A stretch of 34,864 bases of DNA from Oculatellaceae cyanobacterium bins.114. Its GTDB lineage: Bacteria > Cyanobacteriota > Cyanobacteriia > Elainellales > Elainellaceae. Shown here piece by piece: positions 29,027 to 34,864 of the stretch (the stretch's first letter is position 1; every line of letters begins with the position of its first letter). Where the stretch lies: NCBI GenBank assembly GCA_033764315.1, contig JANRJA010000150.1:1-34864 (forward strand). Direction: 5' to 3'. Position numbers and translations under genes: made by a program. The notes below the pieces were generated by a model that saw nothing but the letters and a program-made list of their open reading frames with translations, had not been told where the DNA came from and ran no database searches.

Positions 29027-29143
29027 GTCTCAGATTCCTCTTTTCCTGATGTTGGCTACGGCTCTATTCTCCCATTAAGTAGCCGCTTCACACCCTCAAG
29101 CCGATCGGGGAGTGCTCTAAAAATAATCCTTAATTAGGGCTGC

Positions 29144-29422
29144 CTATTGCAGATCGCTCCAGTCGGGGCAGACATCACCCTGCCAGCCATGAGGGTGATA
29201 GCCACACACTAAAACAGTGCGGTTGGCTTTACTGTAGCCATAGGCAATGCCGTGATAGTGGGCGCAACCTTGGCATGGTTTAGGGCGAGAGGCCGCCACA
29301 TCGTTAAAGCCTAACTGCGATCGCAAGATATGCTGTTTGCTCAAAGCACGATGCCACCGCATGTGATCGGCTTTGCGGAAATAGGTGTTAGATAAGCTAA
29401 ATGGGTCTTGGGCACTGTCCAT
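29144..29422 (-). CDS. Small Cys/His-rich hypothetical protein
   Basis: CQGCAHYHG...LVCGYHPHGW....CPDW. Start placed at ATG 29422 (track start 29479). Confidence 0.7.
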   Translation of the reverse strand: MDSAQDPFSLSNTYFRKADHMRWHRALSKQHILRSQLGFNDVAASRPKPCQGCAHYHGIAYGYSKANRTVLVCGYHPHGWQGDVCPDWSDLQ

Positions 29423-29606
29423 AAAATATACCCACAAGAAACGAGTGAGGGGATACCCCATGCTGAAATTATTCCCCATTAGAAATCATTTCTAATTAGG
29501 GGAGCGGGCGGACAATTGGGAAGCACTATTTTGAGTGTAAGCGGCAAAGGGATACCGCACATCCCCCAGATGAGTAAGTTCTACCGAAAGAAATAGTTTT
29601 TTTGAT

Positions 29607-30611
29607 CTACTTCTCCGGCTTTCTCTTAGGTCGCTGAGAGAGTGCTACCCCACTCACCTGCAATAGCTCGGTCAACGTTGCGCAATAGGGAGTGATTCCA
29701 TAGGTGGCAGGGCTGATGGGGTTTTGATAGGTGAAATGGCGATATTGCAGACAGAATCGATCCCATGCGGCGACCTGAATCCGAAATACAGTAATCAAAA
29801 GTTCCGTCAGTTGCTTGGTTAAGGGAACGCCGAAATAGACTCGTGTTTTAAGATAGGCGCACAATTCTTTGACGGCTTGGTTAACGGTGAGGGGGGCATT
29901 TCCCAAGATCAGCTCTCGCGGCTCATCAGGACTGGGAGGATGTTCGAGGAGGTGCAGTACGACCTGTGCGATATCGTAGCCATGCATGAAGTGAAAACTG
30001 CCCTCTGCCCTTAGAAAACGGATTAGCTTACGCCATTTGACAATTTCGTGGATGCCAGATGAGAGGTGTGAATAGGGTTTATTGCTATCTCCCCCAAAAA
30101 CTAAGGTGGGAAAAAGGGTGGTAATGCGAGGGGCGATCGCCAGTTTTGATAACTGTTGATGGCACATATACTTCGAGCGAATGTAGTCGGTGCCGAGTTC
30201 GCCTGCTTGCCGTAGTGGACGATTGTCTCGCCCCAAAATACTTGCCGTAGAGAAATAAATCACCTGCTGACACACATCCGGGTCGAGCAAATTCATTAAG
30301 CGAATAGTTTTGACTAGATTGACATCAAATACCTCTTGAGTACCGCCCCATGCTGTTGCCGTCAAAATGGCACTATCCATTGTTTTAAGCAATCGACTGT
30401 GACGCTCGATCTCACGCAGGTCGGCTTGCAGGATAGTGATGCCAGGACGAGCCTCATAATCAAACTGGAGTTTTTGTGGATTGCGAACCAGCAAAAACAA
30501 CTCATGGGGAGTGTTATGGATTAACCCATCAGCGATGTAATGACCAATGCAACCACTGGCCCCGGTTAACAAAATACGCTTGGGATACATCGTGTCATGC
30601 CAGTTGACCAT
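29607..30611 (-). CDS. NAD(P)-dependent epimerase/dehydratase family protein
   Basis: ILLTGASGCIG, YFSTAS and YIRSK (YxxxK). Confidence 0.88.
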   Translation of the reverse strand: MVNWHDTMYPKRILLTGASGCIGHYIADGLIHNTPHELFLLVRNPQKLQFDYEARPGITILQADLREIERHSRLLKTMDSAILTATAWGGTQEVFDVNLVKTIRLMNLLDPDVCQQVIYFSTASILGRDNRPLRQAGELGTDYIRSKYMCHQQLSKLAIAPRITTLFPTLVFGGDSNKPYSHLSSGIHEIVKWRKLIRFLRAEGSFHFMHGYDIAQVVLHLLEHPPSPDEPRELILGNAPLTVNQAVKELCAYLKTRVYFGVPLTKQLTELLITVFRIQVAAWDRFCLQYRHFTYQNPISPATYGITPYCATLTELLQVSGVALSQRPKRKPEK

Positions 30612-30892
30612 GAGGGTAATACACCGATGAATGAACAGACTCTGAGGAAGACCTCTCGATTCTGGACAGTCTAACCCTTAAAGTTGACCCTTCACAATCT
30701 AATAGAAGCAGGTAGGAAGCAGAGGGCAAAGGAAGCGGGGAATGGGGATGACGGGTGAAAAAAATGAACCACTCCCAATTAACGACTAACAATTGACTAT
30801 TAATTCTTTATTGATTCTTAATTGATTCTCCAGAAGCACCCGAACTGAGTATCGATGCGAAGCGCGAATCAGTGCTCATCTCAAACCTAATC

Positions 30893-30956
30893 GGAGGGGG
30901 TCTGGGGGACAGGGCTGTCCCTCAGCGAGGGGGCTTGGGGGAAAGATTCCCCCAAG
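30893..30956. repeat. Tandem pair of G-run-led GC-rich hairpins
   Basis: GAGGGGGT-CTGGGGGACAG-GG-CTGTCCCTCAG followed by GAGGGGG-CTTGGGGGAA-AGA-TTCCCCCAAG. Confidence 0.6.
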
Positions 30957-31031
30957 ATCTAGTTCTTAAATCTATTGCAATGGATAGAGTGACTAATTGG
31001 CTCAAGTCAGGGGACAAATTATCCTTCTGAA

Positions 31032-32789
31032 TTATTCTTTGGGAGAAGGGAGAGGACGAGGATTTTCTGTTTTCCGCATCAGCACTGAGATATCGTAGCG
31101 AGTGCTGGACTCATTTTGAATCAATGCCTTGATCCCGATCGCCCGAATTGCTTTAGCGTAGGTTTCACCATTTTGAGGCAGGTTGGGAATGGGCAGCGAC
31201 CCACTCGTGCCTAACAGTTGCTCTAGATTGAGAAAGAAGTAACCGTTGCTATCATCGCGATCGCCCTGAGTCGCTTCTTGAAACAGAGCACTTTGACTGA
31301 GGTTTGCGGTAGGCTTGGGCAAAATCGTCTCTGCAACAGGTGCACCGATCGCCAGAAACGCCACATTTTGACTCATCCAACCGCGAGTGACGGTGAGTGA
31401 GGCAAAGGGAGATACCCACTGCACGACTGATTCTCCACCAATGTTGGTGTCTTTGACCTCAAACTGATAGCGATCGCCCATCACCGCATCTAACCGTTTG
31501 AGAGCCGCATCAGCTTGATCGCGATCGCTGGTTTTGACCATAAACACTACCCCTGCCGTCCGCACGGTGCTGCTTTGAGTGGGGTCAGCAATCAGTGCCA
31601 TGCTAAATTCACCATCCATCCAGGCCAATAGATCCTGGTCGAGGTCTAGCCCAGTCGTACTCTGGATTGCCTCCCGCAATAGGGCCGGGTTGCCCAAACT
31701 TTTGGGATCAGCCGCTGAACCTTGACTAAACTCTTGCCAAAACTGTTGTAAGTTTCCCCCCGACACCATCATCAAGGTCTCTTCGGGCAACAGGGTCGGC
31801 ATCTCAGTGGCGTTGTTTTTGACCTGATATCGCTGTTCACTGTCAGAGGGCAACCACCCTACACCTTGAATCTGAATTTTGTCTTCTTCTAAGGTCAGTG
31901 TGGCCGCAATCCCTTGATTGTTTTTTAAGGGGCTAAATCCTGGTGTGGGAATGGGTTGAATCGTGTTAGCTGTGACGAGAGAGCGAGCAACCGGGGCATT
32001 CACATACAGTCGCAGAAATGGCTCATTTGAGGCGACATCGGCGATCGCTTGACGATAACCCGGTGTGTCGGCCACTGATTCTCCATCTCGGTGAGTATCA
32101 ATCACCTGTTCGATCGCTGCCTCATCTTCACTCAGCACCACAAAGCGGTTATCGAGCACGGTGACACTTAAATTACGGCCTTTGACCTCCGTTTCTCGAA
32201 TTTGTCCTCCGTTGTAATCACGCACAGTCCAAGAGCGATCAGACCCCCCCTGAGCCTCTGACAAAATAGCTTGAGCCTGCACAACATCGTCAATCGGCAA
32301 AATCAGTGCAAAGGATTGGGAGTCAGGCTGAACAGGCTCAGCCGTCTCCGTCGAAGTTGCCTCAGTCAGCACTGCCAGCGTTGCCTCATCCCCAATCCAG
32401 GGTTGAATGTCACGCTCGTAGCGATAGCCATAGTCAGTCAGCAGGCGATCGCGCCACTCTGCTAAGCGTTCATCTAACTGTTTCTGAGTTTCTGGCGTGC
32501 CAAACTGGCGTAACTCCTGCCACTGTTCAGTATCTGTTGAAAAAGTCAAGGTCATCAACGCATCCTGGGGCACCAGATCAGACCCCACTGGCAAACTGGC
32601 GATCGCGGGGCGACGTTGAGTCACGACCCAGTAAGATGCCAGTCCCCCTGCGGCAAGGGCGATCGTCGCTCCAATCGTGACTAAGACAACACGAGTACGC
32701 TTTTCAAAGAAAGTTGAGATTCGATTCGGGGACATAGGTTGAGGCTCCGGGTTAGGCCGCATCGTCAGCAACGTCTGCCACTCTAGCAA
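31032..32789 (-). CDS. DUF3352-like membrane-anchored periplasmic protein
   Basis: N-terminal TM, VPQDALM, LRQFGTPE, DIQPWIGDE and DLLAWMDGEF. Start uncertain. Confidence 0.8.
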   Translation of the reverse strand: MLEWQTLLTMRPNPEPQPMSPNRISTFFEKRTRVVLVTIGATIALAAGGLASYWVVTQRRPAIASLPVGSDLVPQDALMTLTFSTDTEQWQELRQFGTPETQKQLDERLAEWRDRLLTDYGYRYERDIQPWIGDEATLAVLTEATSTETAEPVQPDSQSFALILPIDDVVQAQAILSEAQGGSDRSWTVRDYNGGQIRETEVKGRNLSVTVLDNRFVVLSEDEAAIEQVIDTHRDGESVADTPGYRQAIADVASNEPFLRLYVNAPVARSLVTANTIQPIPTPGFSPLKNNQGIAATLTLEEDKIQIQGVGWLPSDSEQRYQVKNNATEMPTLLPEETLMMVSGGNLQQFWQEFSQGSAADPKSLGNPALLREAIQSTTGLDLDQDLLAWMDGEFSMALIADPTQSSTVRTAGVVFMVKTSDRDQADAALKRLDAVMGDRYQFEVKDTNIGGESVVQWVSPFASLTVTRGWMSQNVAFLAIGAPVAETILPKPTANLSQSALFQEATQGDRDDSNGYFFLNLEQLLGTSGSLPIPNLPQNGETYAKAIRAIGIKALIQNESSTRYDISVLMRKTENPRPLPSPKE

Positions 32790-32866
32790 AAAAGCAAGCC
32801 CAGGCAGTGTTAGCTAGAGAAGACTTTGGGGAGAAGAATAAGAATAAGAGAGGGTTGAGTCATCTC

Positions 32867-33397
32867 TCACTGCCCTTGTTGGTTTAAATACTGCTGATAG
32901 CCCAGTTCGTCTAGCGTCGCCTGTTTTTGCAGCACCATCTCGGTGAGGCTCTGGCGATAGGCTTGCACTTGTTTTAGCAAAGCGGGTTGATGACACGCGA
33001 GAATTTGGATGGCTAACAACCCAGCGTTTTGGGCATTGCCGATCGCCACTGTTGCCACAGGAATTCCCGCAGGCATTTGAACGATGGAGTAGAGCGAGTC
33101 AACACCTTGAAGATGACGACTGGTGACGGGCACTCCAATCACAGGCAAAGGAGTGAGAGCGGCAACCATCCCCGGTAGATGGGCGGCTCCACCTGCTCCA
33201 GCGATAATCACTTTTAAACCGCGCTCATGGGCTTGTTTAGCATACTCAACCATGCGATCAGGGGTGCGGTGGGCTGAGACGATCGCCACTTCATAGGGTA
33301 TTTGAAACTGTTCACATACAGCGATCGCCCCCTTCATCGTCGGCAGATCGGAGTCGCTGCCCATAATAATGCCAATTTGTGTCGTGTTGAATTGCAT
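32867..33397 (-). CDS. purE: N5-carboxyaminoimidazole ribonucleotide mutase
   Basis: [26 protein letters not shown] and [19 protein letters not shown] at 33397. Confidence 0.97.
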   Translation of the reverse strand: MQFNTTQIGIIMGSDSDLPTMKGAIAVCEQFQIPYEVAIVSAHRTPDRMVEYAKQAHERGLKVIIAGAGGAAHLPGMVAALTPLPVIGVPVTSRHLQGVDSLYSIVQMPAGIPVATVAIGNAQNAGLLAIQILACHQPALLKQVQAYRQSLTEMVLQKQATLDELGYQQYLNQQGQ

Positions 33398-33449
33398 AAG
33401 AGAATGATGGATGAAACAGGACTCGTTATGGTTTGAGGCTGACTCAGGA

Positions 33450-34631
33450 ATGGTTGAAACAATTTCACTGACAATCACCAATGCCCGTCTTCCAGGCTAC
33501 AACGGCTTACAGCAGATTCATCTGAACCGTCAGCAGCAAATCTCTTGCATTGTCCCCATGCCACACAGTCCATCTGAGTTGACCCCCATTACAGAGTCAG
33601 TACGAGATGTTGAGGGAGACTGGATTTCGCTGGGGGGAGTCGATGTGCAGATTAACGGGGCACTCGGTTTAGCGTTTCCTGACTTGAGTTCTGAGACGGC
33701 GGATCAATTGCCCAAAATCTGCCAGTTTTTATGGAAGCAGGGTATAGACGGGTTCTTGCCAACCCTGGTGACAACCTCGATTGAAAATATTCAGCGATCG
33801 CTCTCGACGTTGGCAAATCTGCCCAAATCCACTTCAGCCCAGATTCTAGGCGTTCATCTAGAAGGACCGTTTCTCAACCCCAGCAAGCGTGGTGCCCATC
33901 CAGAAGCGCATCTGTTGCCCCTGACGATTGATCAGGTCAAACGGGTTTTAGGCGATTATGCGTCGTTGGTCAAAGTGATGACGCTGGCTCCAGAACTTGA
34001 CCCCACAGGCACTGTCATTCCCTATCTGCGATCGCTGGGCATGACCGTCAGCTTAGGACACTCTCAGGCAACAGCGGCACAGGCTCAAGATGCCTTTGAC
34101 CAGGGAGCCACAATGGTGACTCATGCCTTTAATGCCATGCCGGGGTTGCATCACCGAGAACCGGGTTTATTGGCAGCAGCGATCGCCCATCCAGATGTGT
34201 CCTGCGGCTTTATTGCGGATGGTCAACACGTTGTGCCGCTGATGCTGGATCTGATGCTGCGGATGGGACGGGGCACCATTCCCCCGACGTCTGCCGCCCA
34301 AAACTTCTTTTTAGTCAGTGATGCCCTCTCGCCCCTTGGTTTACCGGATGGCATTTATCCCTGGGATGAGCGGGAGATTCAAGTGACTCATGGCACGGCT
34401 CGACTTCTGGATGGCACCCTCTCTGGGACTACCTTGCCGCTGTTGGTCGGTGTGCAAAATCTGGTGAACTGGGACATTTGTGACCCCACTGAGGCGATCG
34501 CTCTGGCGACTGAGGCTCCTCGAAAGGCGATCGGCTTACCGGGGTTGGAACCGGGGCAATCTGCTAATTTGCTACGATGGCGATTTGGCAAAGCGACAGG
34601 GGAATTGACCTGGCAGCGAATAGAATTATGA
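33450..34631 (+). CDS. nagA: N-acetylglucosamine-6-phosphate deacetylase
   Basis: [40 protein letters not shown] and IADGQH. Start 33450 or 33411. Confidence 0.95.
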   Translation: MVETISLTITNARLPGYNGLQQIHLNRQQQISCIVPMPHSPSELTPITESVRDVEGDWISLGGVDVQINGALGLAFPDLSSETADQLPKICQFLWKQGIDGFLPTLVTTSIENIQRSLSTLANLPKSTSAQILGVHLEGPFLNPSKRGAHPEAHLLPLTIDQVKRVLGDYASLVKVMTLAPELDPTGTVIPYLRSLGMTVSLGHSQATAAQAQDAFDQGATMVTHAFNAMPGLHHREPGLLAAAIAHPDVSCGFIADGQHVVPLMLDLMLRMGRGTIPPTSAAQNFFLVSDALSPLGLPDGIYPWDEREIQVTHGTARLLDGTLSGTTLPLLVGVQNLVNWDICDPTEAIALATEAPRKAIGLPGLEPGQSANLLRWRFGKATGELTWQRIEL

Positions 34632-34680
34632 GTTATGAATGTTAAGTTCTGAGTTAATAGGCACCGGTCAACGGCTTTCC

Positions 34681-34782
34681 ACTCAAAACTCAAAACTCAA
34701 AACTCAAAACTCAAAACTCAAAACTCAAAACTCAAAACTCAAAACTCAAAACTCAAAACTCAAAACTCAAAACTCAAAACTC
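34681..34782. repeat. Heptamer tandem repeat (ACTCAAA)14, STRR type
   Basis: 14 perfect copies at 34681-34778 plus a partial ACTC. Confidence 0.97.
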
Positions 34783-34864
34783 CCTCCCTCCCCCATCTCC
34801 CCCTTTCCGTCCCCTTTCTGCTTTAAGATTTATCAGTGGAACGTTTAAGAAAAATTGCAAATGA

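Noticed and set aside
33398..33481. Apparent head-to-head coding overlap of purE and nagA in the ORF track
   Set aside because: An artefact of longest-ORF start choice. The conserved domains begin after ATG 33397 and ATG 33450.
34639..34848. 69-aa ORF with TQNSKLK repeats
   Set aside because: It is simply the translation of the ACTCAAA heptamer array, with no other evidence of coding.

Overview
Cyanobacterial chromosomal segment, shown by psbX, psbP, ycf66, an HLIP gene, cyAbrB and roughly 50 copies of the HIP1 octamer GCGATCGC counted by eye. It is mostly housekeeping: tRNA-Phe, gpmA, grxC-gshB, sdhB, gyrA, ldh, lysS, purE and nagA. The accessory-looking parts are: (i) an NMT1/THI5-type ABC importer plus a CodA-like deaminase behind a canonical NtcA promoter, with a DUF2087 gene embedded antisense; (ii) a VUT-family transporter co-oriented with an orphan Rieske oxygenase, next to a decayed rfbB-like fragment and a MITE; (iii) secreted PPC-domain, RTX and PsbP-fold proteins; (iv) a CxxC...CxxC ORF end that abuts the tRNA 3' end at the window edge. 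Intergenic DNA is rich in miniature inverted-repeat elements, dispersed repeats and heptamer tandem repeats. I found no CRISPR array, transposase, integrase or recognisable defence system. No clearly novel system is proven. The best leads are the two uptake/catabolism modules and the tRNA-Phe junction. All family calls are from motif recognition without database searches.
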